A stretch of 64,000 nucleotides of DNA, from the NCBI RefSeq assembly GCF_035594765.1, contig NC_085843.1, positions 72,207,971 to 72,271,970 on the forward strand. Reading direction: 5' to 3'. How positions within the stretch are numbered: position 1 is the stretch's first letter; each line of letters opens with the position of its first letter. Below the pieces are notes generated by a model. It saw only the letters and a program-made list of their open reading frames with translations. It had not been told where the DNA came from and searched no databases. Origin of the DNA: Anolis carolinensis (taxonomy: Eukaryota). This document shows positions 50,706 to 64,000 of this stretch, piece by piece. Both the position numbers and the translations under genes were made by a program.

Positions 50706-52146
50706 AAGTCCCAGGGAGTGAGGAATGACATTTAAATTGATAGCAGGGCTATCCCATACTATTTGACATTTTTTTAAAAACCCTGTTCTTTAAAAAAGTA
50801 GTTTCTTGCTCACTTCTTGTTTTAATTTTGGGGCTATTTTGGCAGCCCATGTGGGCTTGGACTCAAAGCAGTAAACTGGCACCTTGACCCACCAGATGCC
50901 CACACTGGCTCTAAAGTAATCATCAACCAAGCGGTAAAGTCAGTTCATGAGTGAAAGGGGGGATGCCCATCGGCTTGTTATTGTTTCTTGGTAAATAAAC
51001 CTTGATTTATTAACCTAGGAACGTTTTGTTCTAATGAACTCACTGAGAAAATTTAATGAACCAAATTAGAGAGACACTCCTGTGTGTTTTTTCTCTGAAT
51101 AATGATATTGTCAAGTTTTCTGTCAATGTATAACTTTAATATATTACCTTTAGGAAAGGGGATTGTGCCAATGCAGCACAATATTCTTGGGAATGAAGTC
51201 CTAATGTGTATTGAATAGTAATATTTAAGCACATAAAATATTTATAAAGGGAATCTCAGCTTTATTTGCATGTATTATGTAAAATGTCATAATATTTGGA
51301 TTTAAACTTTCAACACTTAATCTCTTGCTATCCTAAACCTTCGTTAAAAAACAGAAACCACTGTTAATTCTAATTTGTTTATCATAATATTTCCATACAC
51401 GAAGAGTCTGAGATCTATAACAGAGCAGGCTGCTAAAGGTATCAGTGGCAATTTCTTTCTAATTTCGAGATAGTCACCATTTTATGGACACAGCATGAGA
51501 TGACTAGAAAGGTGCTACTATAGAACTATAAATCCCCCCCCCCCCAAGTTATATAATCAACAATGCAAATTAGTCTTAATGAAATATATAGGTTGTTCTT
51601 CAAAGTTCAGATGGGCTCCAATTTGCTGAAAACTTTGCTAAGTCAAAGAAAAACCCTTATGTCCTAAGAGGGGTCATAAACAGTACAATAGGGGTAGACA
51701 ACTGTGGCTCCCAGGAGCAACCAACAGAGTTTCACAGTCTGAAATGATACAACATGACAACAGGCACAAAGCCATTTCTAATTTTGACAAAAAACTTTTT
51801 AAAGACGTTAATCAGGAAACAGACCATGTGTGCATGTGTAACTTATTTTAAAAATGAGCTGCCACTCTTGGGAGGCTTTCTGGAGAGGCAACTGATTTTT
51901 CACCATAGAGAAGAATGGTGTATGTATACTTGTTCTTTGACAAAGCTCTATCATAAATAATATTTCTGCATGGGAGATCGAGACATGGCATAATCACACC
52001 AAACCTATTGCTGACAATGACAAGAGGTCTATCTTGGAAAACGTCCTGAGACAAATCTGATACACCTTTATGTTTCTTCATGAAGCCATTATGTGTGGAC
52101 TCACTACAAATAGGTTGTTATGGGTGTAATTAATGGAAATCTACTA

Positions 52147-52410
52147 CAGTGTTCCCTCACTACTTCGTGGTTCACTTTTCGCAGATTCGCTGTTTCATGG
52201 TTTTTCAATAAACTCTAAAAGACTATTATAAATCAGACTATTATAAATCATAAAAAATTACAATTTACAGTCTAAGGAAGGGAGGAAGGAGAAGCCAAAG
52301 GGAGAGAAAAGGAGCCCAAGCACCAACGAGAGAAGAAGGGGGCGATTTATCAACACACGATTGGTTGATAAAGACTTAAAATAGTGTATAACTTACTAAA
52401 ATAATGTATA
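52147..52410 (+). mobile_element. Tigger-like MITE left part, followed by (AAT)n and an L2-type tail
   Basis: TA then cagtgttccctcactacttcgtggttcac. (AAT)n at 52411-52460. Confidence 0.5.
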
Positions 52411-52461
<51 letters not shown>

Positions 52462-53667
52462 TTTATTTTTATATCCCACCCCATCTCTCCGAAGGGACTC
52501 AGGGCGGTTCACAAGGGGCTAAGCCCAACAACATACAATAAAATACAACAGTATAAAATACACAATATAAAATACAACAATATAAAATACATAACAATCA
52601 CAGTAGATCAATAACACAGCTTCAACAAAGTAAAAACATGGCCATTAAAAGAGGCGATAACATGGCTCTTCAGTCCATTGTCTTGATGGAGAGGTAATTT
52701 TGACTTTGAAGCCATTATTTTGGAGCAAATATGTAGCAAATACTGAGAAGAGTTTATTCATTAGCTTTGGAAACACTACTGATTGAACAAACAACATCCT
52801 TATGCCAGCTACATATCCTGCAACAGCTTTCTGATTGTTTACCACAGGACTAGTGACCCTGCAGTGTGCTTGCAAGGAAGTATTTTGTTAGCCCTAGCTA
52901 AGATGAAAGCACTAGAAAGATGCAAAGACAAATGTAATCGACTTGATTATCCTTACATTTGGAAATACAGATAATACATGCAGCAGTAGCTGACATCATT
53001 CCAAAGCTCTGTCATTTACAGGTTATATTTCAGATGTTAAATATGTCTGGTTTCACTATCAACAAAGAGCTTGAAAACTCTTTTATTTACTATGCCAGAG
53101 GAAGACTAAGAATGTCATTATTAAATTCTTGACCAATATTCTTCTGAGATTAAGCAGGACTTGTTCTTCACTTTAAAAGTCATTAAAATAATACATATTT
53201 CCTATGATCAATCCATTTTCTCTGTAGCAAAGAGAAATATGTTCCTCAGCAACTCAACTTGCAAATTAAGCTTCTATTTACCTTCCAATGACCAATGACA
53301 AACCATGAGAAATGGAGGTGTGAGGAAATGTACATGCTGTAACACACATCTTTAACTACTTGATGAACTCTTCTAAAATGTTTCATATTGTTTGAACCTG
53401 CTATCCTTGCAGCGAGACAGGTTGTTTTTATCTTAGTGGAAAAGATCTACATTCCCTACTCTTTGGCATGCCATAAACATCCAGAAATCAACTGAAAACT
53501 TTGTAAGATCTTTAGTGGTTCGTTTGGTGGTAGGATGCATATGAGAGGTATGATGTGTGGGTGGACAAGTCCTAAAAAAACACATCTTTTTCTTATTGTC
53601 CTAACACTATACTATGCAAAATGATATTTCATGTAAATACCTTAGGAAATATACAGTGTAGGATATT

Positions 53668-53890
53668 TTTATTTATTTATTTATTTACATTATTTATATT
53701 CCACCCTTCTCACCCCGAAGGAGACTCAGGGCGGATCACATTACACATATAAGGCAAACATTCAATGCCTTAACATAGAACAAAGACAGAGACAAATGCA
53801 GCTCCGAGCTAGCCTCGAACTCATGACCTCTTGGTCAGAGTGATTTGTTGCAGCTGGCTGCAGCTGACTGCTCACCAGCCTGTGCCTCAG
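53668..53890 (-). mobile_element. tRNA-derived SINE with L2-like tail (short form)
   Basis: Near-identical to 47393-47614. Confidence 0.8.
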
Positions 53891-54997
53891 CTATTTTAAA
53901 TGTTCTTATGAGAGAATAAGTTACTCTATTTGTCATTACATATAAGTAGAGTAACTTAAGTACAGTAACCCATCTGTACTTGACCTTGGATCAGAAGATT
54001 ACAGTTCCTTGTAATTTTAACAGCCGGTGATATATACTGTTTACACCCAGAATTGTGTAGTCATAGTTTTAGAAAACTTCTAAAATTGAACAAATTCATT
54101 TTATCTATTAGAAAGTACCTAACAATAATTTTTTGATGTTTTCAGACTTACTATACACCATTTACATAGCACTTTATGTGCAAGTCAACCTGATACATAA
54201 GCTTTTCAGGGCAAAATTATGGATTTTGATAAGTCAAGGGTTATTCCAAAGAGAGGGAAAAGTGCTAATGCTACCTCAGGGAGACAGCTGCTCCCTGCTT
54301 CTGCATCTTTGCATACTAGGGATTTAAAAAAGCCAGAGATGGCACAATTATGGAGAGAAAAGAGGGGAATCGGTATTTCTTTTAGATTCTCCAGTATGAA
54401 CTAAACCCTGACCCTTTTGCCATGCAGAGAAGGAGGTTATTTTTTAAAAGTCTTAAGGTATGGTGTTTACACTGACCCATGGATAAGGTTTTTTGGGTTG
54501 AGTTTTTGACTACAATTTCTAGACTTACACAGGAATATAATCTAATACAGTATCTTGCAGGAAACCTAGAGAATTAGGTGGAAGTGTTTCCCTTTTTAAA
54601 AAGTGTTCACACTTGCTGGGTTATTTTTAAGTTTCCAAAACAAAATATTTATATTTCATGTACAGATATATATCACACAAAATGCACAAATACTTTGAAT
54701 AATAACTAATGTTCCAAGTTCTGAGGAAAAACCCTGTATGCCAGAAGGGGAAACCAGTTCACAGATCACCTAAACACTCCACTTTTAACATTTTGGTACT
54801 GGTAACAATTATATGGGTCAGATGAAAATGTTTAAGGGAGATGGTCATTCTCAAACACTGGCAGGAGATTATTGCTCAAAGTGATGTTTCTAGAAAGATT
54901 CAAGAGTTCAACAGAGAAAAGTGATCCATTCATCTCAAGCCAAATATGGGCATGCAGGGCAAATACAGGTTAGGTAAAAGCCATGCAAATTATATAC

Positions 54998-55051
54998 CTG
55001 GTCGTGTGGTGAGTCCTCTGTCTGCAGCTGGACGGGCATCAACAGGCTCAA
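54998..55051 (-). CDS. APP: APP exon 15 (VEPVDARPAADRGLTTRP)
   Basis: 54 nt, cag/gtat, symmetric phase 1-1 cassette. Confidence 0.96.
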
Positions 55052-56562
55052 CTGGGTATGCACAGCCAAAGAAACAAACAAAAGGAAAGAAAAAAGAGCA
55101 AATAAAAAAATAAACAAAAGCTTCAAAATAAGTCATTTACAGTTTTGCTTGGGATAGTGCAGGAAAGATATATGCCATAAACAAAGTTAACAAAAGCAAC
55201 AGCTTGAAAAAGATTTGCTTTAAGTTAATCCTGGAGGAAAGGAATGGAAACCACTTGAAACTAAATGTTTATATGCTACTGATGTTGCAATCCATTACCT
55301 CTAAGTCAACATATTAGCTTTTATGAACCAAGTCCCAAAGGCTTCCCAACAAGAATAGGCAATTTGCAATGTTAAAGGGAAACAGAGAAAAATGTGCTGT
55401 GCCTTTTGCTTAGGACAGACAGAAATATGGCAAAGCAGTTCCTTTTTTTATATATTACTAAATTCATTTATCCCAAGAGTCTATTGGCTTATGTTTCAGA
55501 CATCATTTTGTAATTCTCTCAATACAATCATAGAGCAGTCTAGCATGCCACAGCACATCTAAAGAAAAATCTTTTTTAGTATTTTCCCTTGTAAAAGGAA
55601 GAAATATCTTTTTCAGATAATGCTTTCGGAGTTGTAAAAGAACAACATTTCTGAACACTAAGACCCATGGATACACCTATATTACCTATACCTATATGGG
55701 TTCATGTAACTCTCCAGATGTCACCAAAGTGTAACTTCAAGAATTCCTTACTCTGCTGGTCAGTGCTACTGGAGATTAAAGCCAAACAACACTCATGAAC
55801 CAAGGCAAACCTTATTGGTCTGCCTTGTTATGGTCACACAGCATGTCCCAGCAACTGAGCTAGGAGACTTCTAAGACTATGGAACAGAACTTCTTCCCAA
55901 GAAAAGGAAGCCTTATTAAGTCTATTCCATGGTCTCTAGCATACTACTCTGACTTAGCCTTCTCCAATTTGATGCCTTCTACATTTTTTGGGCCACAATA
56001 GCTATTATTGCTGGCTGAAGCTGATAGTAGTCCAGAAGATGCAAACTTCAGGAAGGCTACTCAAGCCTGGTGCAATCCATCTTCTGAAACAGATACTGGT
56101 GAAATTTAAACTAGATGCCATTACCAGTCAACTAATTAATAAATTCATATAGCATTGTCAAAATGCACAGAGGTTCACATAATACAACAGGACAAGTCTT
56201 TCCTCAGGAGGTTCATAATCTATAGTTCAACAAAGGGAAATGACACTGGAGTGGAAGAGAAATTAAGATAAAAGAAAAAGGGAAAGAAAAAGACATTACT
56301 TCAGTTACACACATATAAGAATGGCATTGCACAGATAGTCTGGGAGAGGATTCTGAACATAAGACATAACAAGGGAGAAAAGGCACAAGCATTTCAGGGA
56401 GTAGAAGACCTTTGGAAGAGAGTGTGTTGGTAGGGCCAGATAAGCAAGGTTCACACATAGAGAATGGGGAGTTAAAGAAAAAATGAATTGCCCACAGGAT
56501 GGGAAAAATTGCATTGCTTACAGGAGACAGTAAAAGGGTATTAAAAGAATTGCCATTTCATT

Positions 56563-56665
56563 AGAACAACCTCTGAGGATGCCTGCCATAGATGTGGGTG
56601 AAACGTCAGGAGAGAATACTTCTGGAACATGGCCATACAGCCCGGAAAACACACAACAACACAAC
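56563..56665 (+). mobile_element. Penelope-like element terminal fragment
   Basis: cctctgaggatgcctgcc...gaaacgtcaggagagaa...catggccatacagcccggaaaa resembles squamate Penelope termini (recognition, not search). Confidence 0.65.
56570..56610 (+). ncRNA. Minimal type I hammerhead ribozyme motif
   Basis: CCU-CUGAGGA-U-GCCUGC/GUGGGU-GAAAC-GUC-AGG: both core boxes, stem I CCU/AGG, wobble-rich stem II, palindromic ACGU in place of stem III. Confidence 0.7.
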
Positions 56666-57149
56666 AGGAATGGTTTGGGAATCAAAACACTGGATAAAAT
56701 TGAAATGATCAAGTGGAATTTGAGAAAGAAAAATGTATCAGCCAAGGTCAGAAATGAAAAGGAGAAGCAATTGAGCATTTTAAATGTAAAGCTAATACTA
56801 AGACTGCACAATGTAGTCTCACTATTTGCTTTTAAAGCTACGTTCATCCTGTTAGCTGAATGCATAAATGAATTAGGAGGTACAAATCCATTCTTTCACA
56901 TTCCTCTGGGAAAAATGAATAATGAAAAAGGAAGCACTAGTGACATTTTACACTGTCCAGTTACAAGGCTATATTTTCACTTTAATTGTCATGGCTATAT
57001 CCAATACAACCTTGATACTAGTAGTTTAGTGAGACACTGGAGTATTCTGGATGAAAGTTCCAAATTACTCCAAAAACTCCAAAAAAATTAAGCATTCTGT
57101 TCTGTACTTATTCCAGAAAGTGAAAGCTGATTTGATTTATTTTTAATTA

Positions 57150-57161
57150 ATGTGTGTGTGC

Positions 57162-57203
<42 letters not shown>

Positions 57204-57210
57204 GAGAGAG
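57150..57210. repeat. Compound (TG)n/(CA)n/(TA)n/(GA)n microsatellite
   Basis: Directly visible. Confidence 0.9.
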
Positions 57211-57785
57211 TATAATCTTAGGAAAGAGGATGAATAGCCTTGATCAAAAGTGAGCAAAGCACACCAATTGGTTACTCCAAGGGTTGACAAGTTTTGGGGT
57301 ATCTCTTGCAAGACTCTTTAAGGACTCTTATACATTTGGGAACAAAAAAAGGTCACTCTTTTTAAAAGCTCTCATCCTAAAAATATACTCCTTTGAAAGT
57401 GTGCCCTCATTTTAGATGTGGTTGTAAGAAGCAAAAAGAGTCTACAGAGAGGGCCCAGGCAGCCTGTGTGACATACCTTGCCCATTTGGGGCTAGTCTAT
57501 CATACACTCATTCAATTGATGTAGAACACTGACAGTACTACAGACTGAAATAAATATACTTAATAGTTGCAATCTATCTGCCTGCTAGTGTGCAGATCCA
57601 TTTTAGCTATTTTCCTTCAGCCAATCCAGCTTCTTCGGCTCTGCTGGATGGCCGTAATGGCAAAGGTCTGGCCATCACATTTTCCCATCCATAATGGGGC
57701 CATGTGGCAGCCAACCACAGCTCCTACTCACCTATTCAATATTACGCGGCACGAAAAGATTATGTGTCTTATGCAAACTGTGTCT

Positions 57786-57975
57786 GCTTCCTTAACTCAG
57801 TTGCTGAAACCCAGCCTCCCTTGAAGGGAAAAAAGGAAAGGGTGCCAGGAAGGGGGCTTCCTTAACTCAGTTGCGGAAACCCAGCCTCCCTTGGAGGGAA
57901 AAAAGGAAAGGGTCCATGCTTCTTTAACCCTATTGCTGAAACCCAAGCTCCCTTAAATGGAAAAAAGGAAAGGAT
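57786..57975. repeat. Three tandem copies of a ~58-bp unit
   Basis: gcttccttaactcagttgctgaaacccagcctcccttgaagggaaaaaaggaaagggt at 57786, 57856 and 57918. Confidence 0.85.
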
Positions 57976-60900
57976 CCCAGAAATGAAAAGGGGAGTCTTG
58001 TAAGTTACTCACTGTCCCAAATGGGCCGGATCTAGCTGTATTTTTCAGCTGCAGTCTAAAAATGGCCATCCGGCTGCGCATCCATTTTCAAGAGGTGCAC
58101 AAAAATGGATACGGGGCTCTACCGGTATCCAGCCAGCAGAAACGGATTGAGGTTCAGCCAAAATGCACAAGCCTAGAAGCTACAGCTTTCAATGAAACCA
58201 TATGCATGAGTCTTAAATGACCAAATAATTTCCAGCTTCCAATAACAGAATGTACCAAGAGCTATTTCATAACCTACACCAAGTCAAACACATTGCCAGA
58301 GGATACACTCCAGAGAGTTGCAGCCAATTGCTTTCCTTTGAATTTACCTGTATCACATTATTTCAGAGCTTGAAATTAACATGCTAATTAACTCATTAAA
58401 TTATCAACATGCTAGATTTTCTAATTAAAATGGAAATTAAAAATATACTGTAGTGAATTAGAATTTGTTAGGCTGGGTGCCTCTTCTGTCACATTAAGGA
58501 GCACTTGAAGTTTTGCTGCCTGAACAGAAGAAATATACAATTAGAAGAAATGCATCACATGACTCTGTTAGGCAGATCAATCTGTGTGACTTCTTTGGGA
58601 AGAAAGCAGCAGATAAGGAACAGAAAGACTGTTCTGGTACCTTAACCATAGCAAAAAAGGTGAGTGTCGGAAAGAAAGGGAAAAAGTGAATATAGAAAAG
58701 AAAATTGGCCGATTTGTTTGCCCAGAAAGGCAATCAAAAAGTGAGATTTCTCTTTCATCAGAATGCCACAATTTTTACACTGAAAGGGGAGTTGCTTCCT
58801 CAAGGGCCTACATGAAGTGTTCCAACTATTTCTAGTTTGTATGTATGTGTATGAGAGAGACAGCAGGTATTCCTGACTGGATTTGGTTATATATTATTGT
58901 ATAATATATAATCTTATATAGTATTGTTTAAACTGCATTTAACCCCTTCATAATCTTGGGAAGTTAAGTACAATACTTTTTCATGCACACCCTCCCTCAA
59001 CACACATCCACTTCTTTCTCTCTTGCCACCTTCTTCTGTCCCTTCTGCTTTTCACACACACTGCCTCCTTCTTTTTATGTACCATCCCTTTTAAATTATA
59101 TAATTAAGGTAAGATGGATGCAGAAAAGATTAGCCTTGGGAGGCATTTGCTCATTAAAATTGATGATGAAACAGGTGAATTTAGGATGCCTAGCTCCTAT
59201 GAACACACTCTTTGTCATCAGTACATTTTCCAGATTGCTTCTTGATTGATAGTAGAGACACAGAAAGAATACAGTTCTTTAGCCGTGTAAACAATATTCT
59301 GCATATATCCTCAGAAGTTCGCACATTATTTCATATCTCAAATTTTCAAGTCTTGATTCATTCACCATTCCTTGTACCGATTCACATATTGTTGTTGCAA
59401 GCAAAACATTTGAAGAATGAATGAAGTGTACGTATTAGTGGGAATGGAAGGAAAAGATGTACACGAGTGACAAACAGAAATGAAAAGGCTATAAGAGGAA
59501 ATCTCATGCCGCAGGACATAGCTTTCCCCAGTCTGAAAGTACTGGACCCCACCATTTCCAGAAACAATCACATTATGTGTTTGTAGTCCATTGAAAGGAC
59601 AGAAAAATAGTGATAAAGATATGATAGTAAATTACTTTTCCAATTCCAATGGTCAATTACAATGGTCAAGTAATTTTCCAATATAACATTTCAAGTTATC
59701 TTTTGCTATAAGCTTATTTTAAGCATAATTCTACATTATATCTTTTAATGAACTGAGAGCCATGTGTGATCAATTCAAATGGTCATCCATTCCACCATGG
59801 CCAGTAGATGCCAGTGAAGATCACAAGTAGGATATGAATGCACTAGCCCCTTCCAACTCATGCTCCCCAGCAATTGGCATAGTGGAAACAGAGATAACAT
59901 ATAGCCACCATGACCTATAGCTGGTAGCCATGGGTGCCATAGGTCCATATTTTACATTTATTATGCTTATTTATTTAGAAACCACAACCACATTTATGTA
60001 CAATACATAATAAAGAGAAGTATTTTTCCTCCCAAACATGAAAAGAGATAATCTCTAAATTGAGCACTGATCAATGTACAACAAACCATAAAAAAGAAAA
60101 TCGGACCAATTTTCAGGAAGCTGGAGGAAGAAAAGAACCAGACTAATCTCAAAAACTATGGATTCATACAACATCGCTTAAACATTATTTTAAAATATTG
60201 GTATTTCCTTGTTCAAATTGTATCAAAAGAAAAGGCAACATGCTTCGAATACCAAGTGCAAGTGTGTAGATTTCACTGCAAAAAAATATGTGTTAGATAA
60301 AATACAATTTATAAAGACACTGAAAAGGATGGGAGCTGTTTATCACACACCTGAACTGTCACAATAGGCTACCAATTGCACTGACTTTTGTACAAGAGAA
60401 TCACCAGCTGATCATTTTTGTTGCTCCTTTGATGAAGTACCATTTGATTCAGCAGTTGTTTCCAAGATATTCACTGATTCCCCCATACTTGCTATAGTTT
60501 CTTGCCCCTTCCAACCCAACACCTCTTCAGAAGATTGGGAGACATTATGAAAAATGGTGGTACTCATCAAAGGAGCTGCAACAGAAGGAAGGGGGAATTT
60601 GTGAAAATTATTTCTCCCCTCCCTACTCCAAAAGATATCTTATCTCCTAGATAAGACATCTTACTCTGTATAGCAACACATTACTTCATCATTTGATAGT
60701 AGAAAAGGGGTTTGTAAATCAGCAGTGGCATAATAGTCTATGTAGAGATAATTTCAGTTCGAAGCTACACTGAATAATTTCCAAGAAATACCTAATGTTT
60801 TGTAACCAAAGAGCAAGTTGTGCAGTGTTTTTGACTATGTAGAACATATATGAATATTTAAAGTGGTACAGTAAGGTAATGACAAATATTTAAGGCTATT

Positions 60901-61755
60901 ATCAGTTCTAAAGTGATCCATGCTTCTAGTTACCAATTCAACAAAAAAGAAACCATGCATTCTGATATTTGTTGCATTGAGAATAAAAGAAAGGTTTGGT
61001 TAGTATGTTTCCCACACTAATCTTTCCCGAATTATCTGAGTGATGATTTCACTGTTTGAGTTTGGAAAGCTCCTTTTGACAGAATAACCATCATTGTGGC
61101 TTTTCTAATAAATATGGCGGGAACTGAATAAAATCTTGCCATGTAGAAAAATGATTCAGGAACAGAATCCTATCCATTTATCAAGTCTATCCATTAAATT
61201 AAATGGAGGAAACTACACAAATTGCATGTCTAATTAAGTCCACAATTCTCCCTTCAAGTAGTTAGTCTAGCATTATTTATATTACTTTCTCTCCATGTTA
61301 TACTTCTATTAGTATTATAATTCAAATGACTGGTGTAGGAGAAGTATACATCTCAGTTATGAAAGAAGTTTTAACAAGAGCAATTCTGAAATAAGCTGTC
61401 AGGTAAGGTTCTAGTTTAATGAGCCATAGTCCCTTAAATTTCAATTTACAAAGTCTCCACAGCAGCAGTAACTTGATAATTGACAGCTCAAACCACCTTT
61501 TTTAATTAGGTGCTTATTATTTCAGGTTGCACTCAATTCTGACAAGTCTGACACATTAATTTTTTAGTGGGGTCATACATTCTCATGTATATTTTGACTG
61601 CTGCGCTGTTCAAAGCAGTTCACAAAGTTTAACTGTTAAGATTTACCATGCATCTCAATGTCTGTAGACTGCCTCAAACTAGAGAAAGTTAAGCTACTCT
61701 AGCAGACATTTCACTAATCAGAATGAACAATGTTCTGGCTGAGTCACAGAGGTCA

Positions 61756-62079
<324 letters not shown>

Positions 62080-64000
62080 TCAGTTTTGCTACTATATTAA
62101 AAGAGTTGCTTCAGTTACACTGGTAAATCATTGCAACAGAAATCACATGATTGATTTAAAACATATTTTAAATAACAAAACAGTTAACAAAAATAAATCC
62201 TAGAAACAACTGCAGCAAATGCAAGCAAACAGGATCTGGAACAATTCACATTGTTGTGGGTCAACAGCTTTGTGTTCTATACACTTTGTTTTTAAACTTT
62301 TGCTTCAAATTTATTTATTTACGACATTTATATCCCGCCCTTCTCACCCCGAAGGGACTCAGGGCGGCTTACATGCATCAAATGCATCTTATACCAATAG
62401 TACACTCAGGCCTCTGCAAACTAAGCCTCCTCTCTGATACACACATTTCTATTTTCCTTCTTCATTGTGCTGATCTGTAGTGGAGACAGTAGGTCCATGG
62501 GAAAGAATCTATCAATGAATGATATTAGTCAGCTATGTGGACTGTCAGCTATTATATGTGACCTGACATAAACCACACAGCATGTGTTGCCTTGATGTGC
62601 TATGATTATCACCCACAATGACAATACCCCTCCTGGGCAACTCACTTGACTCTGCATTATCCAGCTCTGTTGCTGCAAGAAACACATGGAAAGATCAAAT
62701 TTCTCACTGGAATCCAATGACCCAGAGACAGTCAGCTCCAGCAGAATGCATTTATTTCGTGTCAATGCCAGCACTCCACTCATTTTCTAAATTGGGATTG
62801 ATGCTGCCATGCAAGCTTGTCTAGCTAGCCAAGATATTCCTGTGATAGTTCATAAAGTTGGTAGAGCTAAGCAGGAAAAGAAAGGAGGAGGAATCCAAAG
62901 AATGGGTTTCCTTGACAAGAACACCAATACGCTAAACTAATGTGTTGTTTTTAAGCCATTTGGTGACAAAATGAAATGAACATAACTAAGTGTAGTTAGG
63001 ACACGATTACTACTGTCTCTTCTATATATGCTGACAACAAAATAAGCTTGCAATTTTTTTTTAGTATTGACCTATTCAAATTGTTTCTTAGAATATGAAG
63101 CGACAAAATGGCTTTGGTTTCCCAATTCCAAGAGGAGCACCTTTTACATGAGTCTATGTGTCTACTTAAAGCTAAGACATACTGATTCCAACTGGACTTA
63201 TTCCCAAATGATTAGCCAGTGTCTTCCATATAATCAGGGTAGAAGATACACCTCAGGTCTCAGTCCAAAGGTTAAAGGAGCTATCCAACATGCTGAATGA
63301 TAAGGATTCAGCATCTTAGGTAATTCCTATTAAAACCTAGAGTACATTCACCACCCTACTTGGAAATAACTTATTACTAGTACATATTAGCTTTTGTTTT
63401 TAAAGTAGGTCAAGTTGTGGTTTTCAACTGAGGAAGTCTATGCTCCTTTCTACTCTTTTTACTGGTCAGTCTGATCCCAAGAATGCAAACTCTTTTGAAT
63501 TTAACTATGAAGATACAATTCAAACATAATCCCACTGATCACTGCCTCTTCATAAAACATGACATGTCATCTGGCCTTCTGGCAACCCACCAGATAGCTT
63601 TTAATGGGACTGAATGGCAGTCTACATCTCTATCTGGCCTTTTGAAATTAAGACTGCCCAGGATTAAAAGATTGGCAGCTGGTAGCAAATCATAGAATTA
63701 TATTTTACGACGTAGTGAGAGGGAGGGAAACTGAAACACAATTATCTTCATTATACCCTGCTCACTGTTACATGCCAAAGTGTAGTGATCAACTACTAGT
63801 TAAACTTTGTTCTAGAAATTTATGGACTTGATATGTGTATATGTAGGTAAAATAAAATGCACACTGATCTTGACTGCCTCAAATAGTCAGTTGTCGACAA
63901 CTATTATTTTTCCTTTTGAAGAAATTAAAACAACAGTAACACTTTCATTAAGTCCGACCAAAAATCCATGAAGTTGTGCATTAGCTTTCAGGTTTTCCAA

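Noticed and set aside
56579-57091. 170-aa plus-strand ORF in APP intron 14
   Set aside because: Begins inside the Penelope fragment and runs into AT-rich intron with no recognisable protein features.
57786-57975. CRISPR-like repeat array
   Set aside because: Units are long tandem copies without unique equal-length spacers, in a vertebrate intron with no cas genes.

Overview
Eukaryotic (vertebrate) genomic DNA, AT-rich with one CpG island. The repeat content (Sauria-SINE-like, BovB, L2, CR1, hAT and mariner MITEs) points to a squamate reptile, most likely an Anolis-type lizard (inference). The window holds the conserved JAM2-ATP5PF-GABPA-APP block: the last three coding exons of JAM2 (+), the complete ATP5PF/ATP5J gene (-, 107 aa), a shared CpG-island bidirectional promoter, the complete GABPA gene (+, 9 coding exons, 455 aa), and exons 14-18 plus the 3'UTR of APP (-). 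Large insertions are a decayed full-length Tc1 transposon in GABPA intron 4 and a ~6 kb DIRS1-type tyrosine-recombinase retrotransposon with intact ITR/ICR architecture between GABPA and APP. The most unusual observations are: (1) a young 5'-truncated APEX2 retrocopy (zf-GRF domain, poly(A) tail, TSD) in sense orientation in the last GABPA intron, with an AG that would splice in frame to GABPA exon 9; (2) a Penelope-type minimal hammerhead ribozyme in an APP intron; (3) two long fold-back hairpins. I see no demonstrably new multi-gene system. The GABPA/zf-GRF chimera is a testable hypothesis, not an established feature. Gene identities come from my recall of ortholog proteins, not from database searches.
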